Shown: positions 1 to 9,275, numbered from the stretch's first letter. The stretch: 49,082 nucleotides of DNA from Spirochaetales bacterium (GCA_007130265.1 SLST01000469.1:1-49082); one strand, 5' to 3'. Translations and numbers: made by a program. Notes: generated by a model not told the origin, from the letters alone.

Positions 1-1330
1 CATTGCCGGCGATCACCTCGCGATAGAAGTAATAGCTGTCCTTCGGCACGCGGCGCAGGTCGGTGTAGTCGCAGAACACGATCCCGAAGCGCCTGGTATA
101 GCCCCACGCCCACTCGAAGTTGTCGATCAGCGACCAGAGGTAGTACCCCTTGAGCGGCACTCCGTCCTCGATGGCGCGGGCACAGACCCGGAAGTGCGAC
201 CGCAGGTAGTCGACGCGGTCGGTGTCGTGCACGCGCGTGCCGTCGCTGCTGAGCCGGTCATCACAGGCGCACCCGTTCTCCGTGACGTAGAGCGGGAGGC
301 CGCCGGTCTGTGAGTTGGCCCAGTGAAGCTGCCGGTAGAGCCCGTCGGGCACGATCGGCCATCCCATTGCCGTCACCGGGTGATGTGTCGTGACGGTGAC
401 GAACTGCTCCGGGGCGTCGGCGTCGAACCGAACCGCGCGCTCGTTGTAGTAGTTGAGGCCGAGGAAGTCGATCTTCCCGGCGATGAGCTCCATGTCGCCG
501 TCTCTGACGGGCAGCTTCAGCGTGGGATGCGCGGCAAGGTGACGCTCGGGATAGGGGCGGCCGAACAGCGGATCGAGGAACATCCTGCTGTCACGATCGG
601 CCGCGCGGTCGGCGGCGAGCCGATCCTCGTCGCGCGCCGTCGCGGGTCGAGGAGTGCTCAGGTTGAGCGTCGTACCTATCCGTCCGTCGTATCCGCCCTC
701 GCGGAACACGCGTAGCGCGATGCCATGCGCGAGATTCACGTGATGGATAGCCGCGTAGGCGGCCTGCTCGTCACGGAGCCCGGGTGCGTGCTCGCCCATC
801 AGATGGCTGAGCAGCGTCACGCACCACGGTTCGTTGATGGTGATCCAGTTCTTCACCCGGTCTCCGAGCGCCTCGAAGCACGCACGCGCGTACTCCTCGA
901 AGTGCAGCGCGGTCTCGCGCGCCGGCCACCCGCCGGCATCCTGCAGCGTCTGCGGCAGGTCCCAGTGGTAGAGCGTGATCGCCGGCGCGATACCGTGCGC
1001 GAGCAGCGCGTCCACGAGACGGTTGTAGTAGTCGAACCCCCTGGGGTTCTTCGCACCGTGACCGTCCGGGTAGATGCGGGGCCAGGCGAGTGAGAACCGG
1101 TACGAGCCGACGCCGAGCTCGTGCATGAGCCGGACGTCCTCCTCGTAGCGATGGTACTGGTCGGTCGCGACATCGCCGGTGTGACCAAAGGCGACTTTGC
1201 CGGGTGTTCTGCAGAACGTATCCCAGATGCATGGCTTCCGTCCGTCGTCGGCGGCGGCACCCTCAACCTGGAAGCTGGCGGTAGCGGTGCCCCATACAAA
1301 ATCGGCGGGAAAGGTCTTTCCGGTGTTCAT
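1..1330 (-). CDS. Glycoside hydrolase family 1 beta-glucosidase (C-terminal end lies beyond the left window edge)
   Basis: This gene is absent from the supplied ORF track because it has no stop inside the window. The reverse-strand frame is open from the ATG at 1330-1328 to base 2. My translation starts MNTGKTFPADFVWGTATASFQVEGAAADDGRKPCIWD. It contains TINEPW (acid/base Glu) and YVTENG (nucleophile Glu). At the edge it ends ...YYLWSLIDNFEWAWGYTRRFGIVFCDY. These are canonical GH1 signatures. Confidence 0.9.
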   Translation of the reverse strand, partial: MNTGKTFPADFVWGTATASFQVEGAAADDGRKPCIWDTFCRTPGKVAFGHTGDVATDQYHRYEEDVRLMHELGVGSYRFSLAWPRIYPDGHGAKNPRGFDYYNRLVDALLAHGIAPAITLYHWDLPQTLQDAGGWPARETALHFEEYARACFEALGDRVKNWITINEPWCVTLLSHLMGEHAPGLRDEQAAYAAIHHVNLAHGIALRVFREGGYDGRIGTTLNLSTPRPATARDEDRLAADRAADRDSRMFLDPLFGRPYPERHLAAHPTLKLPVRDGDMELIAGKIDFLGLNYYNERAVRFDADAPEQFVTVTTHHPVTAMGWPIVPDGLYRQLHWANSQTGGLPLYVTENGCACDDRLSSDGTRVHDTDRVDYLRSHFRVCARAIEDGVPLKGYYLWSLIDNFEWAWGYTRRFGIVFCDYTDLRRVPKDSYYFYREVIAGN

Positions 1331-1347
1331 TCGCTCAGTGTATATCG

Positions 1348-1911
1348 TTACAGGGAGAACGTGTAGAGCAGTCCGAGTCTCACCAACCCGCCCGGCAGCA
1401 TGGCGCGAAGGATCGATTCGAGCCGCGGCGGCGGGCTCCACGCGTCTATGAGCGAATCGGCAACGGCGGTATGCGCGGCATCTTCGGGAATCGGGCGGTA
1501 GTACTCCAGCCCAAGATCGAGCCCGATACGCCCGTGCCCGAACTGCACGAAATCCGGAGCCAGACCGGCGGCCAGGAAGAGGCCGTCGGCAATTGTCTGG
1601 TGGCGTTCGGTGCGGCTCGTGAGCCGGAAGGTCCATCCCGCGTTCGCGTAGAGCCAGCCGAGCTCGAACCTCGCAAAAGGTGCCGCGTGCAGATCGAACT
1701 GCGAGGCGCCGACGACGCCCTTCACGCCGGCGCCGACACCGAGCAGGCCGGGGCGCCAGACGAGGTGGGGTTCGGCGCAGACGTAAACCCCGAAGAGCGA
1801 GGCGCTGAGATGGATATTAGTCTCCGCGTACACGCGAGAGTCCGCCGCAGCGACGCGCACGCCCGGCACGAGGAGCATCGCTGTGATGAGAGCGAGCGCG
1901 GATCGTCTCAC
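1348..1911 (-). CDS. Secreted or outer-membrane barrel-like protein, family not recognised
   Basis: This is a 187-aa ORF with an N-terminal signal peptide (MRRSALALITAMLLVPGVRVAAA). It has alternating beta-strand-like segments and an aromatic C-terminus (LLYTFSL). Third codon positions are strongly G/C in this frame, unlike the overlapping + ORF 1471..1950. Confidence 0.6.
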   Translation of the reverse strand: MRRSALALITAMLLVPGVRVAAADSRVYAETNIHLSASLFGVYVCAEPHLVWRPGLLGVGAGVKGVVGASQFDLHAAPFARFELGWLYANAGWTFRLTSRTERHQTIADGLFLAAGLAPDFVQFGHGRIGLDLGLEYYRPIPEDAAHTAVADSLIDAWSPPPRLESILRAMLPGGLVRLGLLYTFSL

Positions 1912-1931
1912 AGGCGCAGTATACCACAGTC

Positions 1932-3419
1932 TCAGACGAGATCCGTGTAGAACGAGGAGGCGGCGCGGTCGGCGGCGGTGCGCCAGGCGAATCTCACGAC
2001 GATCGCCTCGGCGGGCACGAACGACCCGGGGAGGTCCACGACGACGCCTCTCTTCTCTTCGCGCCAGTCGATCTCTCGCTCGAGACCGAGGACCCGGACA
2101 TCGAACAGGTCCTCATCGCTGGTCGCGTCGGAACGGGGTACGCCATCCAGGTCGAGATCCGGGAACTCGATCGACAGCATGCGCGGGCGGCCGAGAACGA
2201 CCGCGTAGAGCGCGTCCGGTCGCGACGTATACCGCACCGGAAGCCCATCCGCGGTCGTGCCTTCTGAGTGCCGCCACGGCCGCGTCCCGTAGATCGCCTC
2301 GCCGTGGGTGGCAAGCCATCGTGCGAGCGTTGCGAGGGCCTCACGCTGTTCGCGACAGAGCGATCCATCGACCGCCGGCGCGACGGACAGGAGCAGGTTG
2401 CCGTTCTTGCTCACGACGTCAACGAGAAGGTGAACCAGCTCGACCCCGGAGAGGTAACTCGACGAAGGCTCAGCAGCGTTGAAGCCGAAAGAGCGGCCGA
2501 GTCCCCGGACATACTCCCACGGTCGCGGGCGTTTCGTGACGGGCGCCGGATACTCCACCACCGCGATATCACCGTGAGTACCGCAGCCCGCGCTCGACGC
2601 GGCAAGCGTGGCGGCCCTGATCCGACTCGAGAGGAGCCGACGACCCGGCGGCAAACCGAAAACGGCTCGCTCGAGCGCTCGGGTCTGCCGCCAGCACCCG
2701 TTCACAACGCCGTCCGGAATCGCCTCGCGGTAGGCGTGCACGAGAACCTTCCGCGCGATCCCGGCGGGCAGACCTCCCTCGATCCGCAGCACATCGGCGG
2801 CGGTTCTCTCGATCAACTCGGTGAGATGCGCCTCAACGTAACCGGGGTACTCGACGGGATACCTCGCCAGCCGCAGATCGGCAAAATCGCGGACGGGACG
2901 GGGCTGTACGGTCCAGTCGAGCAGACCCGAGTAGGAGACGCCGTACTTCATGCCAAGGGCCCGCACCGCGGTCGCGAGCTCGCCCACGACATCGCGCTGC
3001 GCAACAAACGAGGGTGAGGCAGGAGCCGTCTGCGAAGGCCAGAGCAGGAAGCCGTCATGGTGCTTCGCCGTCATCACGACGTACCGCGCTCCGGCTTCCC
3101 GAAACAGCCCGGCCCACCGCGTCGGATCCCAGAGCGGCAGCTCTTCGTTGAACCGGCGGGCAAACCGCTCGTAGGCGGTATAGTCACCGTAGTGCTTGCG
3201 GTGGTGGCGGCGCACGGGACTCGCACTGATACGCAGCGAGTTCAGATACCACTGTGCGTCCGGATGATTGCGGAAGTAGAAGCGTGCATTGTGATCACGA
3301 AGGATGTCCAGAGGGCCGCCGAGTTCACTCGGGGCATAGGCGGGCACCGAAGGAACCCCCCAGCGCACGAGGACCCCGAGCTTGGCGTCGCGATACCACT
3401 GCGAAACCTGATGTCTCAA
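1932..3419 (-). CDS. Alpha-L-fucosidase (GH29)
   Basis: The ORF-track ORF 1932..3536 carries WYRDAKLGVLVRWGVPSVPAY and YVVMTAKHHDGFLLWPS, both typical of GH29. I place the start at the in-frame TTG at 3419-3417. It is preceded by GGGAGG and overlaps the stop of the upstream GH3 gene (TTGA). The longer ORF would run 120 nt into that gene. Confidence 0.85.
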   Translation of the reverse strand: MRHQVSQWYRDAKLGVLVRWGVPSVPAYAPSELGGPLDILRDHNARFYFRNHPDAQWYLNSLRISASPVRRHHRKHYGDYTAYERFARRFNEELPLWDPTRWAGLFREAGARYVVMTAKHHDGFLLWPSQTAPASPSFVAQRDVVGELATAVRALGMKYGVSYSGLLDWTVQPRPVRDFADLRLARYPVEYPGYVEAHLTELIERTAADVLRIEGGLPAGIARKVLVHAYREAIPDGVVNGCWRQTRALERAVFGLPPGRRLLSSRIRAATLAASSAGCGTHGDIAVVEYPAPVTKRPRPWEYVRGLGRSFGFNAAEPSSSYLSGVELVHLLVDVVSKNGNLLLSVAPAVDGSLCREQREALATLARWLATHGEAIYGTRPWRHSEGTTADGLPVRYTSRPDALYAVVLGRPRMLSIEFPDLDLDGVPRSDATSDEDLFDVRVLGLEREIDWREEKRGVVVDLPGSFVPAEAIVVRFAWRTAADRAASSFYTDLV

Positions 3420-4711
3420 TCTGAGCCTCCCGCGAGGTCGATGATCCGCTCGACGAGCAGCCTGTGCTCCGGGGCCCCGAGCGTCTCGACGGCCGACTGG
3501 AGATCGCCTGCCGCCGCCGCGGTATCGATCGCCCACCGCGGACCGAGAATACCAAGCTTCTCCTTGACGGAGAAGATGCGCAGCACCGACTGCTCGAGTG
3601 TTGCGCGGGCAATACGCCCGTCTGCACGCGCCTCGAGAAGCGCATCGCGCGCGGCAACCGGATCGAGCGGTTTGAGCAACACGTCGGCGCCCGCTTCGAC
3701 CGCACGCACCACGAGCTCGGGTTCCGGCGCGATGTCGGCGAGACCACGCATATTGAGCGCATCCGTGACGATCAGCCCGTCATAGCCGAGCTCCTCACGC
3801 ACCATCCGCTTCACCTCGGGCGAGATGGTCGCCGGGAGATCGTTTCCCGTCGCCCGCGGGACGGAGAAATGCGCCGTCATGACGCCCAGGGGCTCCGCCT
3901 CGAATGCCAGCGCGAAGGCCAGCAGCTCTCGGTCGCGGAGCTCTTCGGCCGAGGTCGGCAGTACTGCGAACCCGTCGTGTGAATCGCTCGTGAGCCCCCC
4001 ATGGCCGGGAAAGTGCTTGACGACGGCGGCGACCCGCGCCTCCTGCAGCCCCTTCGCGACGGCCGCGGCGGTCCGCCCGACGTGCACCGGATCGTCACCA
4101 AACGTCCGCCCGTGCCGTCCGATTGCTCCGACCCCGCCGGCCGGGTCGACATCGGCAACGGGTGCGAGATTCATCGTCACCCCGAGCGCCCACAGCTCCC
4201 GGCCCATCACCCGGCCGAGCTCTTCAGCCAGGGAGAAGCCCTCCTCGTCGAGCGCCCGGACGGCGCGGCCAACCACCGAAGCCGGCGGGATTCGGGTCGC
4301 GGGCACACCGCCGGAGCTCGTCAACCGTGAGACGAGCCCACCTTCGTGATCCGTGGCGACGATGGGAGGCACCGGGCTCGCGTCGTGCAGCCCACCGATC
4401 AGCGCGAGTGTCTGTTCGACGTCTTTGAAGCTCCCGCCGAAGAGCACCATTCCGCCCGGCTGAACGTCCGCGATCACGACGCGCATCCGTTCGTCGAGCC
4501 GCGTGAGCGGGCGCCCGTCCGCCTCACTCTCGACGCCTACGATGAAGAGCTGACCCGCGAGGGTACGGTCGGGAAGCACCGAGACGAGGGTACGCAACGA
4601 CCAGTCGATGATCCGGGCAGTCCCGGGCACGGGCGGGTCCGGCGGGCGTGCCGGATTCACCTCGGCACACGCCGTCAGCAGCAGAACGGTACACAGCGCC
4701 GCCGTGACCAT
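3416..4711 (-). CDS. GH3 beta-N-acetylhexosaminidase-like lipoprotein (NagZ family)
   Basis: GH3 motifs are present: ATDHEGGLVSRL, VVKHFPGHGGLTSDSH and IVTDALNM. The ORF-track ORF extends to 5128. The internal ATG at 4711 gives a lipoprotein signal (MVTAALCTVLLLTAC). The extension would cross the low-GC intergenic patch and the opposite gene. Confidence 0.85.
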   Translation of the reverse strand: MVTAALCTVLLLTACAEVNPARPPDPPVPGTARIIDWSLRTLVSVLPDRTLAGQLFIVGVESEADGRPLTRLDERMRVVIADVQPGGMVLFGGSFKDVEQTLALIGGLHDASPVPPIVATDHEGGLVSRLTSSGGVPATRIPPASVVGRAVRALDEEGFSLAEELGRVMGRELWALGVTMNLAPVADVDPAGGVGAIGRHGRTFGDDPVHVGRTAAAVAKGLQEARVAAVVKHFPGHGGLTSDSHDGFAVLPTSAEELRDRELLAFALAFEAEPLGVMTAHFSVPRATGNDLPATISPEVKRMVREELGYDGLIVTDALNMRGLADIAPEPELVVRAVEAGADVLLKPLDPVAARDALLEARADGRIARATLEQSVLRIFSVKEKLGILGPRWAIDTAAAAGDLQSAVETLGAPEHRLLVERIIDLAGGSD

Positions 4712-4840
4712 AGCGATTTTTGAAGAATAACGTATGAAAAAACAGACTATACCCGGTAACGAGGGTGAGCGCGACGCATGGGACCTCATCAAATCGATGC
4801 CAGGAAGCGGCTTAGCAGGACGGCAAGAAAACTCAGATGT

Positions 4841-4856
4841 TGGCATGGATATTGCA
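4841..4856 (+). promoter_or_regulatory. Sigma-54 (RpoN) -24/-12 promoter
   Basis: The sequence is TGGCATGGATATTGCA. GG (4842-4843) and GC (4854-4855) have the canonical 12-nt register. It matches 11 of the 12 specified positions of TGGCACG-N4-TTGCW. It lies in a low-GC non-coding patch 106 nt upstream of the ATG at 4962. Confidence 0.6.
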
Positions 4857-4870
4857 ACAGTTGTCCCTGA

Positions 4871-4898
4871 GCTGGGCGACGCGATTGGTCGCTCCAGC
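4871..4898 (+). other. Stem-loop in the predicted 5' leader downstream of the sigma-54 promoter
   Basis: GCTGGGCGAC (4871-4880) pairs with GTCGC-t-CCAGC (4888-4898). This gives 10 bp with one bulged T and a 7-nt loop. No U-tract follows, so it is not a terminator. Confidence 0.4.
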
Positions 4899-4961
4899 CG
4901 ATGGACACCGGGAGTATACATCGTGACGTCGAGTAAAGCAATCACACCAACGTTCGAGACC

Positions 4962-5573
4962 ATGATCAAGCGGACGACGACACGGGCACTCGTCAGCCCT
5001 GCGGAGCTTCGCGGCGAGTTTGTCCGCAAGTCTCTGCACATGCTCATTGCGCTCGTTCCCGGGATCGCGACCGTCACCGGGGTCCTTCCTGCGCTCGGGA
5101 TGCTCGGACTCGGTGTGCTCGTATACACGAGCGCTGAGTACTACCGGCTCCAGGGCGGTTCGGTCGCGGTCGTGTCGGTTCTCACCGTGATCGCGTCACG
5201 ACCGCGTGACCAGGGCCGGTTCGTTGTGGGCCCGGTGACGTTGGGAATAGGAGCGATGCTCGCCCTCCTGCTCTATCCTGCGCCGGCGGCATTCCTCGCG
5301 ATCTACGCCCTCGCGTTCGGCGACGGTATCGCAAGCCTCGTGGGCCGCACAGTCGGAACGATCCATATCACGAGAGGAACGACGCTCGAGGGAAGCCTCG
5401 CCTGCCTTCTCGCCGTGTTTGCGGCTGCAGCGGCGCTGACGGGTGACGTAGCCGTCTCGCTGACCATTGCCGTCGCGGCGACGGTTCTCGAGGCGCTTCC
5501 CACCGACGACATGGATAACATTATCCTGCCGGTCGGTGTCGGGCTTCTGGCGACCGTACTCCTTGCAGCGTAG
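4962..5573 (+). CDS. Dolichol/phytol kinase-like (CTP-dependent polyprenol kinase, CTP_transf_1-like) membrane protein
   Basis: This is a multi-pass membrane protein containing RKSLHMLIALVP..., ...FGDGIASLVGR... and the C-terminal EALPTDDMDNIILPVGVGLL pattern typical of the SEC59/VTE5/DGK1 family. The ORF-track start at 4734 lies in low-GC sequence and would place the sigma-54 promoter inside the gene. I therefore prefer the ATG at 4962 (MIKRTTTRAL...). Confidence 0.7.
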   Translation: MIKRTTTRALVSPAELRGEFVRKSLHMLIALVPGIATVTGVLPALGMLGLGVLVYTSAEYYRLQGGSVAVVSVLTVIASRPRDQGRFVVGPVTLGIGAMLALLLYPAPAAFLAIYALAFGDGIASLVGRTVGTIHITRGTTLEGSLACLLAVFAAAAALTGDVAVSLTIAVAATVLEALPTDDMDNIILPVGVGLLATVLLAA

Positions 5574-5575
5574 CT

Positions 5576-6427
5576 TTAATACCACAGGTAACTCGATCGA
5601 TTCACGAGCACGAATGCAGCAGCGCCGCTCGCGACGAGTCCTACGCCCAGCGCGAGCGCGAGGGGGGAAGCAAGGTTCAGTGCAAGGTCCTTACCTATCA
5701 CAATCGCCGAGATGGACAGGGCGATCGCTCCGCCGCGTTCGCGATGCCCGCGAAACCATCCGATCGAACAATTGGCGATCGCCCCAACGCTGAGAAACGC
5801 GAGCAGGAAGTCTATAGCCGCTCGATCGCCAACGACGTGCAGGAAGGTCGCGTTCGTCTCGCGGCTGTCGACCGGAACGAGATAGACGACGAGGAACGAG
5901 ATCGCAGCGAGCAGGAGCGTCGCACTGCCGACGCGCGGATAGTCTGCCCCCGCCAGATAGATTCCCGCGGCAAAGAGTGAGAGCGCCCCCATGAGCCGAC
6001 CAAACAGCACGATGCGTGTCAGCTGAACCCCCACGAGGGCCGGCAGACCCGCGGCATCCGCAAGCGGCATGCCGAGACGGAAGAGCTCGACGGCAAGAGA
6101 CATCAGGAAGAGCATCACGAAGTAGATCTCAGCGGCGCTGACTCTCCGAAAAAGATGCGCCGAGACGGCCAGGACGACGGTCGCGATCAACGCCAACACA
6201 CCGGCGGCGCCGAGCGAGTGAAACGCGCCGACCTGGGTCACCGGCCAGCGAACGCCGAACCAGCTTTGGTACTCGCCGACGACAAAGGACCTGTCGGACA
6301 GCGGGCCGTACAGGAGCGCGTAGGCGCCGGCCAGGTAGGCTGCCAGAACTGTCGAGATGAGGACGACACCGGCGATAAGGACGACGTTCCGCGTTGCGAG
6401 GGTCATCGCCTGCGAGTATACCAGCAC
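5576..6427 (-). CDS. Polytopic inner-membrane protein, family not recognised
   Basis: This 283-aa ORF has about 8 hydrophobic helices and G/C-rich third codon positions. The start is uncertain: GTG at 6427 or ATG at 6406. Confidence 0.6.
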   Translation of the reverse strand: MLVYSQAMTLATRNVVLIAGVVLISTVLAAYLAGAYALLYGPLSDRSFVVGEYQSWFGVRWPVTQVGAFHSLGAAGVLALIATVVLAVSAHLFRRVSAAEIYFVMLFLMSLAVELFRLGMPLADAAGLPALVGVQLTRIVLFGRLMGALSLFAAGIYLAGADYPRVGSATLLLAAISFLVVYLVPVDSRETNATFLHVVGDRAAIDFLLAFLSVGAIANCSIGWFRGHRERGGAIALSISAIVIGKDLALNLASPLALALGVGLVASGAAAFVLVNRSSYLWY

Positions 6428-6480
6428 GAAAAGGCTACAGTAAGCACCCGTTCCTCTCGATCATAGAAGAGGGAGGCCCC

Positions 6481-7155
6481 ATGAGACGATGGTTCACCCT
6501 TGCGCTTCTCCTGGTCGTGACCGGCGTCGCAATCGGGGGTGATATCGCGACATTCGAGAACCTCGGGTTCAGTCGCACGGCGGACACGTTCGTCTTCGCC
6601 CAGTACGGTGTCGGCGGCGCGGCGGGCAATCCCTACGCGGAGATCTACGTCGTCGACGTTCCGGGGAACGTCTTCGTGTCCAACGGCATATTCCGGCTCA
6701 CCAGTGATGCTCCGCTCACCCTCGGCCAGGACGGCCGCGGCGCCCTCTACACGGTGCTCGGCCGGGCACGCACGCTGATCGCGAGCCGTGACGTCGATCA
6801 CCTGACTACCGGACGTCCCGTCTACATCCTCGTTGACGGCGACGAGCCGCGCGAGCGCCTCGCCTTCCGTGACTTCCACGCAGACGCTCGATACGAGGTC
6901 CGCCTCAGCCAGCAGCGACGGGGCGAGGGCGACGGCGTCTCGGCGGCATTCCACATAGACCTCACGATAACCCGCGCCGACGACACGGTCCGCACGATGA
7001 GAATCGGGCGCCCCTCGCTCTTCCGCGACGGTGTGACGAGCTATCGCATCACCCAGATCGTCGTCGGACCCGACGAGGCGTCGGTCGTCTTCGTCGTCGA
7101 GCGACGCTCGCCGGACGGCAGCGTCCGCTACATGGTCGAGACCGCGGCTTTCTGA
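6481..7155 (+). CDS. DUF2259-like secreted protein
   Basis: The ATG at 6481 is preceded by GGGAGG, 29 codons inside ORF 6394..7155. The signal peptide is MRRWFTLALLLVVTGVAIGG. The segment FENLGFSRTADTFVFAQYGVGGAAGNPYAEIYVVDVPGN follows the DUF2259 N-terminal pattern (GFS..g..FaFeeyG...g.pya.iyviD). Confidence 0.65.
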   Translation: MRRWFTLALLLVVTGVAIGGDIATFENLGFSRTADTFVFAQYGVGGAAGNPYAEIYVVDVPGNVFVSNGIFRLTSDAPLTLGQDGRGALYTVLGRARTLIASRDVDHLTTGRPVYILVDGDEPRERLAFRDFHADARYEVRLSQQRRGEGDGVSAAFHIDLTITRADDTVRTMRIGRPSLFRDGVTSYRITQIVVGPDEASVVFVVERRSPDGSVRYMVETAAF

Positions 7156-7194
7156 TCCGCCCGGCGACCGCCCTGGGGTGAATCCCGACAAACG

Positions 7195-7203
7195 TGGTAT
7201 ATT
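7195..7203 (+). promoter_or_regulatory. Extended -10 promoter element (TGgTATATT) just upstream of the start codon
   Basis: TGGTATATT lies at 7195-7203, with the ATG at 7212 only 8 nt after the hexamer. No Shine-Dalgarno sequence lies between them. It belongs to the recurring leaderless-type pattern described in the findings. Confidence 0.35.
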
Positions 7204-7211
7204 TGGTCACG

Positions 7212-8024
7212 ATGATCCTTCGCAGGCTCGCACTGGCCATACTGCTTGCACTCGTCCTCGCTCTTCGAGTCGTGCCGGCCCTGAGCGTCGACGCGGTGCT
7301 CCTCGGATTCTCGCAGGCGTGGACCGGCAACGGCTACGTCCCCACACCCGATGATCCCGACGGCCCGTACAACTTCGCCGTGACCGGAAGCGAGGCGATG
7401 CCGATCGACCCCTTTCTCGGGTTCGGCACCCGTATCGTCCTCCTCGAAACCACGGCGGTCTCCGGTGCGCTGACGTGGTCGCCGACGGTGCAGGTCGGGT
7501 GGCGCTACTACCTGCTCTACGCCTCCGGCCACGTCGTTCCGTCGCAGATCGAGGCTGCTGCCGGCGCGGAGGGCGATGTGCCGGGCATCGCGTCGGCACG
7601 CGTAGTGAGCGTACGACTGCCGCTGCCGATCGGGTACGAGGTGCGGATGGCTGACGCGCACGCCTTCTCGGTCGCCCTGTCGCCGACTTTCGTGTTCCGG
7701 ATCCCGGCAGGCGACGTCGCAGGTGGCGACGAAGACCCGGATCTGTCGAATATGTGGAGCTTCTTCTACGACCGGACGAGGTTCCTCATGCCGGAGCTTG
7801 TACTCAGCTACCGGTTCGCGATGAGCGAGTATCTCGAGGCCTCGCTCTTCGCAACCTACGGAGTATCTCCGCTCGATCTCACCGATACCCGTCTCCCGTG
7901 GTACGATCAGATGCGGATTGCCGCGGGCATCGAGCTCGGACTGCGCCCTCCGTTCGCCGGACTGGCCCGCCCACGCGAGCCCAGGCTCCCGGAAGGCGTC
8001 GAACCGTTTCCGTCCGACGAGTGA
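7212..8024 (+). CDS. Secreted or outer-membrane-like protein, family not recognised
   Basis: Starting at the ATG at 7212 gives a clean signal peptide (MILRRLALAILLALVLALRVVPALS). The body is rich in beta-strand-like segments, and third codon positions are G/C-rich. The ORF track starts at the GTG at 7194. Confidence 0.6.
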   Translation: MILRRLALAILLALVLALRVVPALSVDAVLLGFSQAWTGNGYVPTPDDPDGPYNFAVTGSEAMPIDPFLGFGTRIVLLETTAVSGALTWSPTVQVGWRYYLLYASGHVVPSQIEAAAGAEGDVPGIASARVVSVRLPLPIGYEVRMADAHAFSVALSPTFVFRIPAGDVAGGDEDPDLSNMWSFFYDRTRFLMPELVLSYRFAMSEYLEASLFATYGVSPLDLTDTRLPWYDQMRIAAGIELGLRPPFAGLARPREPRLPEGVEPFPSDE

Positions 8025-8042
8025 ACCGGCGCGACCGGGCGG

Positions 8043-9275
8043 TCACACGAAATCGAGCGGGTCCACGATGCGGCGCTTGCGCTCCCACTGGGCGACGATG
8101 AACGAGATGGCCGCTGCCGTCATGGTGTCGACCACGACCGCGATGCCGGTGAGAATCGGGAGCGCCGGGAGCAGTATCAGATAGATGTCTTCCATCCCCT
8201 CGCCATAGCTGCGCGCGAGAACCGAGAGCCCCACGATTACGGTTGCGCCGGGAACACGGCCGAGCAGAAACGAGAGGACAAAGGCGCTTCCGGCGATCCA
8301 GAGCACCTGCCCGACCCCGATCTCGAGCGCGGTGTACGAACGGAGTACCGTGATAAACGCGGCCGAAACGACCATGGCGCTTCCGGGCTTGGCGAAGAGC
8401 GTCGAGAAAGCGAGCACCGGGGAGGCCGCCTCGCGGGAGATGCCGTAGTTCTCTTTCGAGATCCGGGTGAGAGGCCCGAGTGTGAGGTAAGAGTCACCCG
8501 AGAAGAAGGCGATGACGGCCGGCCCTATCATCCCGTAGAGCCAGGCGAAGGGGCTGTATCGGTCGCCGCGGAGGAACACGAGCAGAGGAAAAGCGATGAG
8601 ACAGAGGAAGACGGCGACGACGGCGACGACCCATATCAACGGCGCGAAAAGGCCCAGATCGCTGACGGTTCGCAGCTGGAGGACCCACGCGGCGGAGAGT
8701 GCGATCAACCCGACACTCAGCGCCTCGGTGATCCAGGAGTTCAGCCGGTAGAACACACGTGTGAGCGAGTCGACGAGATCCACGGCCGGTGCGACGAGCG
8801 CGCCTTCACGAAAGAGCACGAGGCCGATGAGCACCGCCGCGACCACCGTGGGGAGGAGGTACCCGCCGTCGCCGGCGAAGACGGAGAAGAAGCTGCGCGG
8901 GAAGACCGACCCGAACAGGTCCGGAAGCGGGGGCAGTCCCGGGACGTCCGACTCCTGGAAGATCGGCGGAATTCGCCGCGGAGAGAGGAACAGGGTCACG
9001 ACGGTTGCCACCGCAACGACGACCGCACTCACCGCCACGATGCCGATCGCGGCCTTACCGCAGACGCGGGCGGTCATGTGATCTTCGCGGAGTTCATGCA
9101 TGCCGATGATCACGCCGAAGAAGATGAGCGGAAAGACGACGTAGCGGCCCACGTTGATTACGAGATCGCTGATCATCCTCATGATGACGACCGTATCGCC
9201 GCCGCTTACGGGCAGGAGCAGACCGAGCGCAAGCCCTATCGCCGCGCCCACCAGTATCCGGATCCAGAGCTTCAT
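8043..9275 (-). CDS. Dicarboxylate/amino acid:cation symporter (DAACS/SDF family) transporter
   Basis: The N-terminus MKLWIRILVGAAIGLALG..., the segment ...YVVFPLIFFGVIIGMHEL and the C-terminal ...IAVVVDTMTAAAISFIVAQWE follow the sodium:dicarboxylate symporter family layout. I prefer the ATG at 9275 over the TTG at 9311. Confidence 0.7.
   Translation of the reverse strand: MKLWIRILVGAAIGLALGLLLPVSGGDTVVIMRMISDLVINVGRYVVFPLIFFGVIIGMHELREDHMTARVCGKAAIGIVAVSAVVVAVATVVTLFLSPRRIPPIFQESDVPGLPPLPDLFGSVFPRSFFSVFAGDGGYLLPTVVAAVLIGLVLFREGALVAPAVDLVDSLTRVFYRLNSWITEALSVGLIALSAAWVLQLRTVSDLGLFAPLIWVVAVVAVFLCLIAFPLLVFLRGDRYSPFAWLYGMIGPAVIAFFSGDSYLTLGPLTRISKENYGISREAASPVLAFSTLFAKPGSAMVVSAAFITVLRSYTALEIGVGQVLWIAGSAFVLSFLLGRVPGATVIVGLSVLARSYGEGMEDIYLILLPALPILTGIAVVVDTMTAAAISFIVAQWERKRRIVDPLDFV

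Noticed and set aside
8021-8046. GC hairpins at convergent gene junctions. One lies at 8021-8046 (7 bp with one bulge, spanning both stop codons) and one at 40099-40113 (CCGCAG-agc-CTGCGG). Tandem hairpins also lie after the ggt stop (16318-16333 and nearby).
   Set aside because: The stems are real, but no U-tract follows on either strand. I do not call them intrinsic terminators. They may still be Rho-dependent or structural elements.
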